A DNA stretch of 64,000 nt from Sulfolobales archaeon (GCA_038841535.1 JAWBTQ010000004.1:1-64000); one strand, 5' to 3'; positions 28,763 through 39,024 are shown, counted from the first letter of the stretch. Made by a program: numbers and translations. The notes: generated by a model not told the origin, from the sequence alone.

Positions 28763-29782
28763 ATGGGCTCTAGGAGCGCTTTGACAGAGCTTTTATGGGC
28801 TGAAAAGTATAGACCCAAGTCTCTACAGGAAATGGTGAATCAGGAAGATGTTGTCAAAAGGCTACAAGTATTCGTTAAAGAGAAGAACATGCCTCACTTA
28901 CTCTTCGCAGGCCCTCCGGGGACTGGTAAGACTACAGCTGCGCACGCTCTGGCACACGATCTGTACGGTGAAGACTACAGGCTATACATGCTAGAACTAA
29001 ACGCCTCAGATGAGAGGGGTATTGATGTTATTAGAACCAAGGTAAAAGAGTTTTCTCGAAGCAAGCTACCGGTGGGTATACCTTTTAAGATAGTGCTACT
29101 AGATGAGGCAGACAACATGACAGCAGATGCGCAGCAAGCACTAAGGAGGCTCATGGAGATGTATGTGGATGTAACTAGGTTCATACTTATTGCTAACTAC
29201 CCAAGTAAGATAATAGAGCCTATTCAGTCTAGGTGTGCTGTCTTTAGGTTTACGTCTCTCAAGAAGGAGGATGTGGTAGCCAGACTGAAGTGGATATGCT
29301 CGCACGAGAAGGTGGTTTGCGACGATAGGGGGTTGGAAGCAATATACGAGGTATCTGGGGGAGACATGAGGAGGGCTATAAACGTCCTGCAGGCAGCGGC
29401 GGCGCTAGGTGAAGTAAACCTATCTAACGTGTACAAAGTCGTTGGCTTAGCTACACCTGCTGAAGTCAGAGCTTTACTGAAGACCGCTCTTTTCGAGGGG
29501 GATTTCTTAAAGTCTAGAGATACCCTTAGAAAGCTTATGGTTACATATGGATTGTCTGGTGTAGACATAGTTAAGCAGCTACATAGAGAGATATTCAGCT
29601 CAGAGGTTTCTATGCCGGAGGAATTAAGAGTAGAAATAGCAGACTACTTAGGTGAGGTACAGTACAGACTAGTCGAAGGAGCAGACGATGAAATACAGCT
29701 TAGCGCTCTCTTAGCTAAGCTCATCCTACTGGGTAAGCCTCTTAGACAGCAACTCCAGCCTGCTAAGCCCGCAAAGCGGTGA
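28763..29782 (+). CDS. rfcS: Replication factor C small subunit
   Basis: WAEKYRP, GPPGTGKT, ELNASDERG, DEAD, QSRC; no intein. Confidence 0.97.
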   Translation: MGSRSALTELLWAEKYRPKSLQEMVNQEDVVKRLQVFVKEKNMPHLLFAGPPGTGKTTAAHALAHDLYGEDYRLYMLELNASDERGIDVIRTKVKEFSRSKLPVGIPFKIVLLDEADNMTADAQQALRRLMEMYVDVTRFILIANYPSKIIEPIQSRCAVFRFTSLKKEDVVARLKWICSHEKVVCDDRGLEAIYEVSGGDMRRAINVLQAAAALGEVNLSNVYKVVGLATPAEVRALLKTALFEGDFLKSRDTLRKLMVTYGLSGVDIVKQLHREIFSSEVSMPEELRVEIADYLGEVQYRLVEGADDEIQLSALLAKLILLGKPLRQQLQPAKPAKR

Positions 29783-29786
29783 ATCA

Positions 29787-31199
29787 ATGTCTCTAACTAA
29801 AAAACTTCCTTGGGTGTTTAAGTACAGACCAAGGAAGGTCGATGATGTAGTTAACCAAGAAGAAGCCAAGAGACTCTTTATTGATTGGCTAAATTCTTGG
29901 TCTCAAGGGAAACCAGAGAAAAAAGCTGTTCTCTTACACGGACCTCCGGGGTCGGGTAAGAACTCGCTTGTTGAGGCGATAGCTAGAGAGAGAGGGTTAG
30001 AGATTATTGAAATGAATGCTAGTGACTACAGACGGTCTACTGATATAGAGAGAATAGCCGCAGTGTCTTCAAGGGGTGGAAGTCTAAAGAGTGCGCGTGG
30101 GAAGATCATAGTATTAGATGAGGTAGATGGTGTATCTGCTACAGCAGACCTCGGCGCAGTCGAATCAATAATGAACCTAATTGAAAACACATCGCACCCC
30201 GTTGTACTAATAGCAAACGACCCGTGGGATCCCAAGCTTAGAGATCTACGTAACGCTTGCGTGATGATAGAGTTCAGGAGATTAACTAAGACAGATGTGA
30301 AAAAAGTCCTACGTAGCATTTGCTTGAGTGAAAGACTAGAGTGCGAAGAGGAGGCAGTAAACTACATTGCGGAAAAAGCCGAAGGAGATCTCAGGTCTGC
30401 TATAAACGACCTAGAGGCTGTTGGAGAAGGATTTGGTAAAGTCACTCTCGCTATCGCTAGAGTTCTTCTTAGAGCTAGAGATAGAGACCTTAATGTGTTC
30501 GATGTTGTCAGAAGAATAATGATATCGAAGTATGCCTGGCAAGCTAGAGAGGCTTCTACTCAAACAGACCTAGCTCCTGACGAGCTGATTAAATGGGTCC
30601 ACGAGAATCTACCTAGACAAGCTTTAGACCCCGAAGATCTTTGGAGAGCTTACGAGGCTCTTTCTAGGGCAGACGTATACCTTTCCCGAATAGTGAGAAG
30701 TGGCAACTGGGATCTTTTATCTTATGCTGTCGATATGATGACCTCGGGTGTCGCTCTCTCTATAAAGAACGAAAACTACAAGTATAAATGGGTTAAGTAC
30801 TCATTTCCTGAAACAGTACGACTTATGGCTAAGACTAGGGAAGTTAGGCAGGTGAGAGAGGATTTAGCTAAGCTGATAGCGTCTCACTTAAAGTGCTCTA
30901 TTTCAGTAGCTAAATCTGATGTAATACCTTATCTGAAAGTAATCTTCGACAACAACCCTGAGTACGCAGCAAAACTGGCACTAGGGCTAAACCTAAGTGA
31001 CTCCATGATCAAGTACCTTTCAGAAAGCAGAGGAGATATAATATTAAAGCAAGTTGATAAGTTCAGACAAGAAATCAGGAAGACGAAGGCAGAAAGTAAA
31101 ACGACTAACAAGATTCCTGAAGGTAGACTCGGCTCTAGGCACACCGAGAAAAGAGAGGTAAAGAGTTCTAAGGGTTTAGAAGACTTCTTTAAGAGGTAA
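29787..31199 (+). CDS. rfcL: Replication factor C large subunit
   Basis: PWVFKYRP, EMNASD, DEVD, GDLRSAINDL, C-terminal PIP-like LEDFF. Confidence 0.95.
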   Translation: MSLTKKLPWVFKYRPRKVDDVVNQEEAKRLFIDWLNSWSQGKPEKKAVLLHGPPGSGKNSLVEAIARERGLEIIEMNASDYRRSTDIERIAAVSSRGGSLKSARGKIIVLDEVDGVSATADLGAVESIMNLIENTSHPVVLIANDPWDPKLRDLRNACVMIEFRRLTKTDVKKVLRSICLSERLECEEEAVNYIAEKAEGDLRSAINDLEAVGEGFGKVTLAIARVLLRARDRDLNVFDVVRRIMISKYAWQAREASTQTDLAPDELIKWVHENLPRQALDPEDLWRAYEALSRADVYLSRIVRSGNWDLLSYAVDMMTSGVALSIKNENYKYKWVKYSFPETVRLMAKTREVRQVREDLAKLIASHLKCSISVAKSDVIPYLKVIFDNNPEYAAKLALGLNLSDSMIKYLSESRGDIILKQVDKFRQEIRKTKAESKTTNKIPEGRLGSRHTEKREVKSSKGLEDFFKR

Positions 31200-31464
31200 A
31201 TAGGTCTCTTATTGCTCTAGCTACGGGGTTAGAGTAGTTCAACCTATAGGCTCTAACTCTTCCGATGATTATCTCGTTGACTATGCCTTGCTCGACTAAG
31301 TAATCTAGGTTTTCTTTAACTATTTTGTGGTTGAGCTTGGTTTCTCTAACTATAGCAGATATATTGAGAGACTCCCTCTCTACTAACAACCTCAGTATCT
31401 TGACTCTCACTCTGCTAGACATTACTTCGACTACTAAGTCTCTTGAGCTACTCACCGACTTCAC
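31189..31464 (-). CDS. ArsR-like winged-helix transcription regulator
   Basis: S..RVKILRLL...LNISAIVRET.LNH..V...L; coupled to the cdc6 3' end. Confidence 0.8.
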   Translation of the reverse strand: MKSVSSSRDLVVEVMSSRVRVKILRLLVERESLNISAIVRETKLNHKIVKENLDYLVEQGIVNEIIIGRVRAYRLNYSNPVARAIRDLFTS

Positions 31465-32701
31465 GCCTCATAGCTATTACCTTCTCGAGAACGTTTAGAA
31501 GGCTATCTAATGGAGCGGCACCGAAGCTGACGTAACTGCTTCTACCTCTTCTTCCCTTCAAGGTCTTCTTAGTCATTATGATTCCACGACTCGCTAGTTC
31601 TGATACGTAGTAATAGACTTGGGTATGTTTTCTAGGCTTGAGGCCTAGGCTACTGCAGAGCCTTTTGTATACTTCTTCGACGTACCCTATGCTTACGTAA
31701 TTGTCTCCGGTTTCCCTAAGCCCTAAGGCTATTGATTTAAGCAGTAGTAGCTGGTGAATGTTTAAGTAGTTTAGTGAATCTAGAACGTGTATTAGACTTA
31801 GGTCCTCACTAGCTGAAACTGCTCGAACGTGCTCAACGAGTATTCTCGAAGCTCTACCTTCTTCAATTTCTCTCTCTGCTAGCTTTCCAGCTGCGTAAAG
31901 TATTGCCAGGGCTTTTCTGGCATTACCATCACCACCAGTCTCATAACCCACGAGGTTCGATATGTACTCAAATACTTCGCTACCGACGACGCCAGGATAG
32001 AAAGCTTCCTCGGCTCTGTACTTGAGTATGTCGTAAAGTTCTTTTGATTTATAGGGATTAAAGACTATAGTGTTCCTCATCATGTAGCTACCCGATATCT
32101 CGTCTAGAGTCCTAATGATGTCATTTAACCGCATTCTGCTTATGTATATAAAGTTCAACCTCATTACTTCCGCATGGAACACATCGTAAAACCTTACGAG
32201 AGAGTACTTATCTTCGGTCTTAAAATTGAGGAGAACAGAATCGAATTCATCAAGAGTAACTACAGCATATAAATCCTCCATGTCCATTTCTTTCAGTAGT
32301 GCTTGAGCAAACTCCGAGAAACCTAGTCCCCTATCCGGTATGCTTAGACCGAGCTGGTTCTTTATCTCTCTGAGTACTGAGAGCGCTGACTTGGAGCTAG
32401 CGCAGTTTACGTGTACGTATCTAAGTTTTACACCTTTCTCACTGGCCAGCCTGGTGATAACCTTACCAAAAGATATGGCCGTCGCCGTCTTACCTGTTCC
32501 TAGCGACCCGTAGAGAACGACCCTGGCAGAGGAGGAACCGGGCGATATAATGACGTGTTTAAACATCTTAGTGAGCTGCTTAAACTGCTCCTCTCTATGC
32601 GGTAGAACGTCTGGAACGTACTCCGGATAAAGCTTTGTTTCATCGAGAAAGACTCCGGGCTTCTTTAAAATGCTTTCAGCTATCTCTCTAAGATTAAACA
32701 T
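31448..32701 (-). CDS. cdc6: Orc1/Cdc6 replication initiator family protein (Orc1-2-like by synteny with rfc)
   Basis: YVPD.LPHRE, GSLGTGKT, HVNC, LDEFD, GNARKA, C-terminal winged helix with GRRGR. Confidence 0.92.
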   Translation of the reverse strand: MFNLREIAESILKKPGVFLDETKLYPEYVPDVLPHREEQFKQLTKMFKHVIISPGSSSARVVLYGSLGTGKTATAISFGKVITRLASEKGVKLRYVHVNCASSKSALSVLREIKNQLGLSIPDRGLGFSEFAQALLKEMDMEDLYAVVTLDEFDSVLLNFKTEDKYSLVRFYDVFHAEVMRLNFIYISRMRLNDIIRTLDEISGSYMMRNTIVFNPYKSKELYDILKYRAEEAFYPGVVGSEVFEYISNLVGYETGGDGNARKALAILYAAGKLAEREIEEGRASRILVEHVRAVSASEDLSLIHVLDSLNYLNIHQLLLLKSIALGLRETGDNYVSIGYVEEVYKRLCSSLGLKPRKHTQVYYYVSELASRGIIMTKKTLKGRRGRSSYVSFGAAPLDSLLNVLEKVIAMRREVGE

Positions 32702-32767
32702 ACTTTCATTTACCGCTCGAATACTTACACCCAGAAATAATAAAAACACATAAACTGTTCGCCTGAA

Positions 32768-33505
32768 CTATTTAAGTGAGGTGTTACCGGATTCTTCGTA
32801 GCGTTTCTTTCTTGCTTCGTACTCATCTCTTTTCATGATCGGCTTAGCCGGCACTCCAGCAACAACGGTATCTGAGTCTACATCCTTCGTAACAACAGCT
32901 CCAGCAGCAACGACAGCTCTTCTCCCGATCCTAACTCCGGCAACTATAGTCGAGTTCGCACCTATTACAGCGTCATCTTCTATTATTGTTTCGACGATTC
33001 TCTTGCTTGGGGGGTATCTATCGTTAGTTATAACGGCTCTAGGGCCTATAAAGACCCTATTGCCTATTTTAGTTGATATCGGTATATAGACTCCGGATTG
33101 TATGTTGCTGTTATTTCCGATAGTAGTGTGCCCATCAACTATGGTGCCAGTCCCGATCTTCGTTTTCGCATTCACCACGGTACCCTCCCTAATGAGGACG
33201 TTGTGACCGAGTTCGACTTCGTCGTGTAGCTCCACGTTTTCATATATCACGCAGTGAGACCTAATCGTGACTTTTGTTCCAAGTCTGCTGCCTGAGCTGA
33301 GCTTATCTAGTTCCTCAAGAGCTGCTTGGTTAGTTTTGAAAAGCTCGACCAACTTTTTCTTTATAGGAAACCCCAGGAAGGTGTAGCTAAATAAAATAGA
33401 TCCGGAACCTACGTGAGTAGGTCCAAGGATAGTAAGCGGAGGCATGAGGTAAGCGACAAAGCCTATTACAGCCCTTTTCGATACGAAGTGCGCAGTGACG
33501 CCCAA
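32768..33505 (-). CDS. Hexapeptide-repeat acyltransferase
   Basis: Left-handed beta-helix repeats, TNDRYPP, GAVVTKDV...VVAGVPAK. Confidence 0.88.
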   Translation of the reverse strand: MGVTAHFVSKRAVIGFVAYLMPPLTILGPTHVGSGSILFSYTFLGFPIKKKLVELFKTNQAALEELDKLSSGSRLGTKVTIRSHCVIYENVELHDEVELGHNVLIREGTVVNAKTKIGTGTIVDGHTTIGNNSNIQSGVYIPISTKIGNRVFIGPRAVITNDRYPPSKRIVETIIEDDAVIGANSTIVAGVRIGRRAVVAAGAVVTKDVDSDTVVAGVPAKPIMKRDEYEARKKRYEESGNTSLK

Positions 33506-33558
33506 GGTCGAACCCTCGGTAATAAGGGTATGTAACGCTATATAAGTGTACGGAAGAA

Positions 33559-33834
33559 GTGGGTGCGGTATTGAACTTAGCTGAGTTCGTTAGGCAAGTA
33601 ACAGTTGCAGTCATGAGTGTAGCATGGTTTGTATTCTTAGTATCCTGGGCAGTTGGTTGGGCACTAAGAGGCTCTCCAATACCTTTCAGGAACTTAAAGA
33701 GGACTGGGCAGAGTTTAATAGAGGACTCTGTTTTAGCAGCCTTCTGGCTCGCGCTTGGGACGACTATATTTGCCTTAATCTCGTACATAGCTTCCTCTAT
33801 CTCTCTTCCAATGCCTCCTCCACCAACGCCGTAA
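33559..33834 (+). CDS. cedA1: Ced DNA-import pilin CedA1
   Basis: Two TM helices with W..GWALRGSPIP and GQ.LIED...AAFW.A.G. Confidence 0.88.
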   Translation: MGAVLNLAEFVRQVTVAVMSVAWFVFLVSWAVGWALRGSPIPFRNLKRTGQSLIEDSVLAAFWLALGTTIFALISYIASSISLPMPPPPTP

Positions 33835-33838
33835 TGGA

Positions 33839-35185
33839 GTGTCTCTAATGGAGTTCCTCTCGTTAGCATACATGCTTTCTTTGCTTACTTACAGTCTGGG
33901 TGCGGTTTTTTACGGCTCTCCACTACCACTTAAATCCGTAAAGAAATGGGGAGTGCTTATGATGTATGATGGCTTAGCTTCAGCAGTACTAGTATCTACC
34001 TACAGTTTGTTATTAAAACTGGGAGACTACTTTCTCGCTATCCTGAACGCGAGCTGGCCCAACTTCATAGCCTGGTTAACGGGTAGAGCAACTACTCTTG
34101 TAGTTTCATACCTAGCTATTCAGTCTATAGCGGCAGCACTTAGGGTTTCTGGAGCAGACATCTTAGTTGAGCTAATGAAGCACGTCAGCAGTCTAGTAGC
34201 TACTTCCCTTACTGCTATAAAGATGATCTACTTAGTATCCACCGTTGTCTATAGCCTTAGAGATAAAATACTTGCTATAGGGATTCTTCTATACACTATC
34301 CCCTTGAGGATGGGGAAGAGTGTGGGAGCCGCAATGATAGCTCTTTCAATAGTTTATTACATTGGATTACCACTCATGCCAGCATTCGCATCAGCATTTG
34401 AATCATCTCCACTGCCAATAGCTTACGACAGATACGGTGCTATCACGGGGAGCATTGTAGATGCGCTTGGGAGTCCTATTCCCCACGCTGTAGTAAAGCT
34501 TTATAGGAGTTCGAGAGACCCTGTTGTCGTGGTTTTAGGAGACTCTGAGGGCAGGTTTTATGTAGGCCCGCCTCAGGACTTGCTGGCATTAGAAGATGAA
34601 TTCAAAGCCGAAGTAGTGTTCATGGGGTACGCCTTTGAAGCCGATCCGCAGGTAATTAAGGTTCCATGGTCCGGCTCTCTAAGGATTAGCAACATGTTTT
34701 ACGCAGGTAAAGGTCTATCCGTCGTGGTTATCGGGATAGTGGAGATATCGTCTATAAATCTCATGTCGGAATCAGTGATATTAGACCTAGAAGTATTGAG
34801 TTCTGAAGCTACTATAGGCTTTCTGAAACTTGCGTCGGTTGAGGTAGAAAATATCTTTATAGGAGTAGAACCCATAGAGTGTCGTTGGAATTCATTTAGC
34901 TGGGAGGGGCTTGAGGTTGAGGAGTGCTTTATCTCATTTAGTGAGGGAAGGTACTCAATCCAGCTGAACTATCTTGGGAGCTACGTTCCTAGACCAAAAG
35001 TCGAGGAAAAACACTACATAGACGTTGGAGATATTGTTGGATACCTCAATACGATTCAAACTACCGCGGTTTCTTACTTATATTCGTACTTACTGCTTCC
35101 ATCAGCATATCTGATCATCCTCTCGGCATCATCTTATGCCTTATCCAAGTTTCTAGGAGGTGGTCTCCGATTAAGAATTATCTAA
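33839..35185 (+). CDS. cedA: Ced DNA-import membrane protein CedA (long form)
   Basis: TY.LG...YGSPLP...KKWG..MM.DG and PLR.GK..GA..IA...V.YIGLP.MP.F; follows cedA1. Confidence 0.85.
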   Translation: MSLMEFLSLAYMLSLLTYSLGAVFYGSPLPLKSVKKWGVLMMYDGLASAVLVSTYSLLLKLGDYFLAILNASWPNFIAWLTGRATTLVVSYLAIQSIAAALRVSGADILVELMKHVSSLVATSLTAIKMIYLVSTVVYSLRDKILAIGILLYTIPLRMGKSVGAAMIALSIVYYIGLPLMPAFASAFESSPLPIAYDRYGAITGSIVDALGSPIPHAVVKLYRSSRDPVVVVLGDSEGRFYVGPPQDLLALEDEFKAEVVFMGYAFEADPQVIKVPWSGSLRISNMFYAGKGLSVVVIGIVEISSINLMSESVILDLEVLSSEATIGFLKLASVEVENIFIGVEPIECRWNSFSWEGLEVEECFISFSEGRYSIQLNYLGSYVPRPKVEEKHYIDVGDIVGYLNTIQTTAVSYLYSYLLLPSAYLIILSASSYALSKFLGGGLRLRII

Positions 35186-35319
35186 GAATTTACTGTAAGT
35201 CTTTAATATTGAGCATTCTTATTTTGTTGGGTTTCGTAATAAATCTATCTTCAGATAGTGTATTGAGACTTTTGCAGATATTTTCACTAATTATGGCGGT
35301 AATCGCCCTCTGGATTTTC

Positions 35320-36345
35320 TCATTTAGAGATTTTGCTTAAGTACTCTACTACAGCATCTACCAGCTCACTTAGTCCCTCTTTTCTTAGAGCGCTTATCGC
35401 CACTATCTTAGCACTTGGCAATACACTAGCTACAGAATCGGAAACCTTCTCAACTCTATCCATACTCACTCTATCGACCTTGTTAATTGCTACCAAGATA
35501 TTGGCATTAACCCACTTCTCGAGAGATTTTAGAAGATCAAGCTGGCTCTCTAAACCGTAGTAGAAGTCTTCTGATGGATCTACCAAGAATAAGACTAAAT
35601 CAGCCACTTCCGTTACAGCTATTAAGGCCTTCCTCTCAACTTCGTTCATATCGCTAGGAGGTCTATCCAGTATTCCCGGTAGGTCTAAGATCTGAAACCT
35701 CCTGAATCCCACGTTTACGTGACCCATAATTATCTCCCTAGTGGTAAACGGGAACGGTGAGGACTTAGGCTTAGCTGTCGATAACGCTGAGACAAGGGTA
35801 GACTTTCCGACTTGAGGTAGTCCAGCAACTGCAACCACGGGAACTGATGGGTCTATGCAGGGAGTTCTTTTGAGTTCAAATATGGCATCATTAGCTAGCT
35901 CAATAAGCTTTGATAGTCTTCTGACTATAGACAAAACCCTTCCGACATACTCTCTATATAGCTCTCGAGCTTCAGCTGAATCGAAGCTTACAGCAATTTT
36001 CGATTTGTACTCTAGCGAAAGTTTGTCAGCTACTCTGAGCTTTCCCAAGAGCTTATTAGTAACTTCTTTAGCAGATACTCCATTCGGTAACGTGTTCGTA
36101 GCAATTTTTTCGTAAAAGCTAACTTCGAGAATTTCCCTCAAAGCTGATAGAGGGTTTAAGACGTTTTTTATCAAGTACTCGCGTATCTTGTCGATTTTAG
36201 TGTAGTACTTAACTAGAGCTTTCTTACTGACTGATCTCGGAAGAGCTAGAGGTTCCTTACTCACTCTAAGTACGTATTCTCTCACTTCTCTATAAGCAGG
36301 TAGCTTCTTCAGGGTCTCGTCTGGACACCCTGGCCTCTTTTCCAA
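35320..36345 (-). CDS. Nog1/Obg-family GTPase
   Basis: G.PQVGKS, PFTTR, DLPG.LDRP, NKVD, ISA; helical N-terminal domain. Confidence 0.9.
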   Translation of the reverse strand: MEKRPGCPDETLKKLPAYREVREYVLRVSKEPLALPRSVSKKALVKYYTKIDKIREYLIKNVLNPLSALREILEVSFYEKIATNTLPNGVSAKEVTNKLLGKLRVADKLSLEYKSKIAVSFDSAEARELYREYVGRVLSIVRRLSKLIELANDAIFELKRTPCIDPSVPVVAVAGLPQVGKSTLVSALSTAKPKSSPFPFTTREIIMGHVNVGFRRFQILDLPGILDRPPSDMNEVERKALIAVTEVADLVLFLVDPSEDFYYGLESQLDLLKSLEKWVNANILVAINKVDRVSMDRVEKVSDSVASVLPSAKIVAISALRKEGLSELVDAVVEYLSKISK

Positions 36346-36584
36346 AGAAGCTCACCGCTAACCCTTATCTCCACAATACGATGTAAAGGTATCTGAGTAT
36401 CGGAATCTGCTAAAACGACACGGTCCTTCATCAAGATAGCACTATCTGATAGCCTAAAGGTCTTCACTCCTCTTGTGGTAGACCTATCGGTCACTATCAA
36501 CTCTATCTCAGGCAAATTAAGCCCTCCGGACCTTGACATCCAGAACAGCTTTTTCAGTACTTCGTATGACTCTAGTCTACCCAC
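36309..36584 (-). CDS. DUF504/MJ1316 RNA-end recognition domain protein
   Basis: DR....IPLHRI.EI...G..LWKR. Confidence 0.75.
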   Translation of the reverse strand: MGRLESYEVLKKLFWMSRSGGLNLPEIELIVTDRSTTRGVKTFRLSDSAILMKDRVVLADSDTQIPLHRIVEIRVSGELLWKRGQGVQTRP

Positions 36585-36814
36585 TACTCACTCCAGCATA
36601 TTATCACGTAGAATCTTAATAGCACTAACTTTACACCGCAATTGGTTTAATCTCGTCTTTTAATGGATCTATTCTCTCAACTATACCAGAATTTAGTTCT
36701 CGCTCTCTAACTTGTAACACCTCAGTTGAGGTATATTACTAAGGAGAATTGAGAGATATCAATAGTAATTAAAACATCGTGTTTACTTCAGACTCCTTCA
36801 TCTACGGCATCCAT

Positions 36815-37129
36815 TTAGCTCGAGGAGGTTCTCTGTGATTCAGTTGATAAAGTAGCACTCTTGGTCTCGCTTTCAAGCTTCTTCAATTCCTCCTCAATCT
36901 CTTTCTCTATTTCCTCTATAGGTTTAGGAGGAGGAGTCGTGGCTAATGTGTAACCTATCCAGCCTAGAATGCCGAACACTCCGGCTATGGCTATAAAACC
37001 GGTGAGCTTTAAGACCAATAGGTAGTAATCGGTTAGAAAGACTAACCAGCCATAAATAACTACTATGGCGGCAGAAACGACTAACAGCAGACCTCCGATA
37101 ACTCTATCTCGAGTCACTAATACCCCCAC
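36815..37129 (-). CDS. Conserved archaeal 2-TM membrane protein
   Basis: WIGYTLATTPPPKPIEEIE motif after two hydrophobic helices. Confidence 0.75.
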   Translation of the reverse strand: MGVLVTRDRVIGGLLLVVSAAIVVIYGWLVFLTDYYLLVLKLTGFIAIAGVFGILGWIGYTLATTPPPKPIEEIEKEIEEELKKLESETKSATLSTESQRTSSS

Positions 37130-37248
37130 TATATAAAAAGCGATAGATATAAAAGTGTGTCGTATTCTCTTTCGGGAGTGTTGCTCAAGCTATACCATTA
37201 TCAGTATAATTTAATACCGGTGTTGAGATATGTCTTGGTGCACGATCC

Positions 37249-39024
37249 GTGGTAGTCAAGAGCTTAGTGGATATTTCTAAGATAATTGAGACATTAGTCT
37301 ACGTCCCAAGGTACGCAGTAGAAGGTGTTGCTAGAAGATATTTAGTATACGGCTCTACTGAGGGGGGTGTGTATAGTGCGTACTCTATAGATCTAGAAAC
37401 GGGGATGAAGAAGCTTATAGCACCGGAAGTACACATGCTTATAGAAGTTCATGAGTCTTCTACGAGGGTCGTATTCTTAAGGGATATAAGTAAGGGATTT
37501 GAGCTATCAAAGGTTTATGCTCACGATATCGAGACAGGTGAAGAAATTGTCGTGTCTGAGGGTATCGAACCGCAAAGAATAGCTGGACTAGCTTTCGATG
37601 GTGCTAGGGTTGCGTGGTCTGGAGCAACGAGAACTGGTGCCGGAATATATCTAGCTAATATGACAAAAAGAACCATCGAAAAAGTTGCTGAAACCAAGGG
37701 TAGAGAATTTGTCACTGATGTTAGCGAAAGGTACATAGTCGGCTTCGGTCACCTCACTGGCAACCCGTTTTCAACAGAGCTACTGATAGTCGATACCCTT
37801 ACAGGTGTTCAAGAGGTATTCACACCTAAAGAGGGATCGAGCAATTCTCGCCCCAAGCTTCATGGAACTAAGTTACTATTTACCAGCAACTTTGAAGATG
37901 GAGACAGGATGAGGCTTTACATATTGGACCTCGATGTGAGAGAAGTTAAGAGAGTGGGGTTCAGGTACTCAGATATAGACAGTTATGGACCTATTGAGTT
38001 TGTTGATTTCGGGTGGACTGCTGACGGTAGGGTTTGGGCTATTGGTAAGAAGCAGGGTAACTCGAAGCTGTTCATAGATGGAAGAGGTTTAGGACCGGAC
38101 ACCGGCTTTGTGTCGTCAGCTACATTGTATCGTAGCAAGTTCTACATAGCTTACTCGACTCTTAAAACTCCCTCGAAGATCCTGGCGGTAGATGTTGATA
38201 GTGGTGCCACCGACGTTGTTATAGATAACCCACTACCTCATGAGATATCTGGGAGACTGGGTGAGGTCAAGTTTGTCGAAATAGAGTCATTCGACGGTCT
38301 GAAGATACCGACGTACGTTCTCGAGTCGAGAGCCTCACAAAAGCCTGGACCTAGCGTAGTATATCCGCACGGAGGTCCGTGGTCCGAAGTAGCTAACTCC
38401 TGGACACCTATAGTAGCTGCTTTAGCTGCCTTAGGGTACCACGTAGTTGCTCCTAACTTTAGGGGCTCAACAGGATACGGCGAGAGGTTTAGATTGATGG
38501 ATATAGGTGATCCAGGTGGTGCTGACATGGAGGATGTTGCAGCAGCTAGGAGATGGGCCGTAGAAAGCGGGCTTAGTAAAGATGGTGATGTCTCGATAGT
38601 GGGCTACAGCTACGGCGGATATACTACACTCATGCAGTTAACTACTAGACCTAAGCTTTGGAAATGTGGTGTTGCTGGTGCTCCAGTAGCTGACTGGGAG
38701 ATGATGTATGAGCTGGCTGACAGGTACTTTAAGACTTTTCAGGAGGTTCTCTTCGCAGGTAGGAAGGAGTTGTTCAAAGAGAGGTCCCCAACAACTTATG
38801 TAGAGAGCCTAGAATCCCCTCTATGCATAGTACAACCTCAAAACGACTCTAGAACACCGATACAGCCTGTATTAAACTTCGTTAACAAGCTTGTAACTCG
38901 TGGTAAGACCTTTGAGCTCCACGTCTTACCAGATATAGGACACACAGTATCATTAAGTAACGAAGCTCTAGCTAAATTCCTAACATATGCGGCTATGTTC
39001 CTTACTCGATGCTATCCGAGCTAA
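37249..39024 (+). CDS. S9 family acylaminoacyl/prolyl oligopeptidase
   Basis: HGGP, NFRGSTGYG, GYSYGG nucleophile, NDSRT, GH; N-terminal propeller. Confidence 0.93.
   Translation: MVVKSLVDISKIIETLVYVPRYAVEGVARRYLVYGSTEGGVYSAYSIDLETGMKKLIAPEVHMLIEVHESSTRVVFLRDISKGFELSKVYAHDIETGEEIVVSEGIEPQRIAGLAFDGARVAWSGATRTGAGIYLANMTKRTIEKVAETKGREFVTDVSERYIVGFGHLTGNPFSTELLIVDTLTGVQEVFTPKEGSSNSRPKLHGTKLLFTSNFEDGDRMRLYILDLDVREVKRVGFRYSDIDSYGPIEFVDFGWTADGRVWAIGKKQGNSKLFIDGRGLGPDTGFVSSATLYRSKFYIAYSTLKTPSKILAVDVDSGATDVVIDNPLPHEISGRLGEVKFVEIESFDGLKIPTYVLESRASQKPGPSVVYPHGGPWSEVANSWTPIVAALAALGYHVVAPNFRGSTGYGERFRLMDIGDPGGADMEDVAAARRWAVESGLSKDGDVSIVGYSYGGYTTLMQLTTRPKLWKCGVAGAPVADWEMMYELADRYFKTFQEVLFAGRKELFKERSPTTYVESLESPLCIVQPQNDSRTPIQPVLNFVNKLVTRGKTFELHVLPDIGHTVSLSNEALAKFLTYAAMFLTRCYPS

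Noticed and set aside
32702-32767. Replication origin next to cdc6
   Set aside because: Only about 65 bp upstream, with no ORB repeats, G-string or AT-rich unwinding element.
36673-36756. Loose nested inverted repeats (similar ones at 50286-50361)
   Set aside because: Short stems with large loops, not distinguishable from chance by eye.
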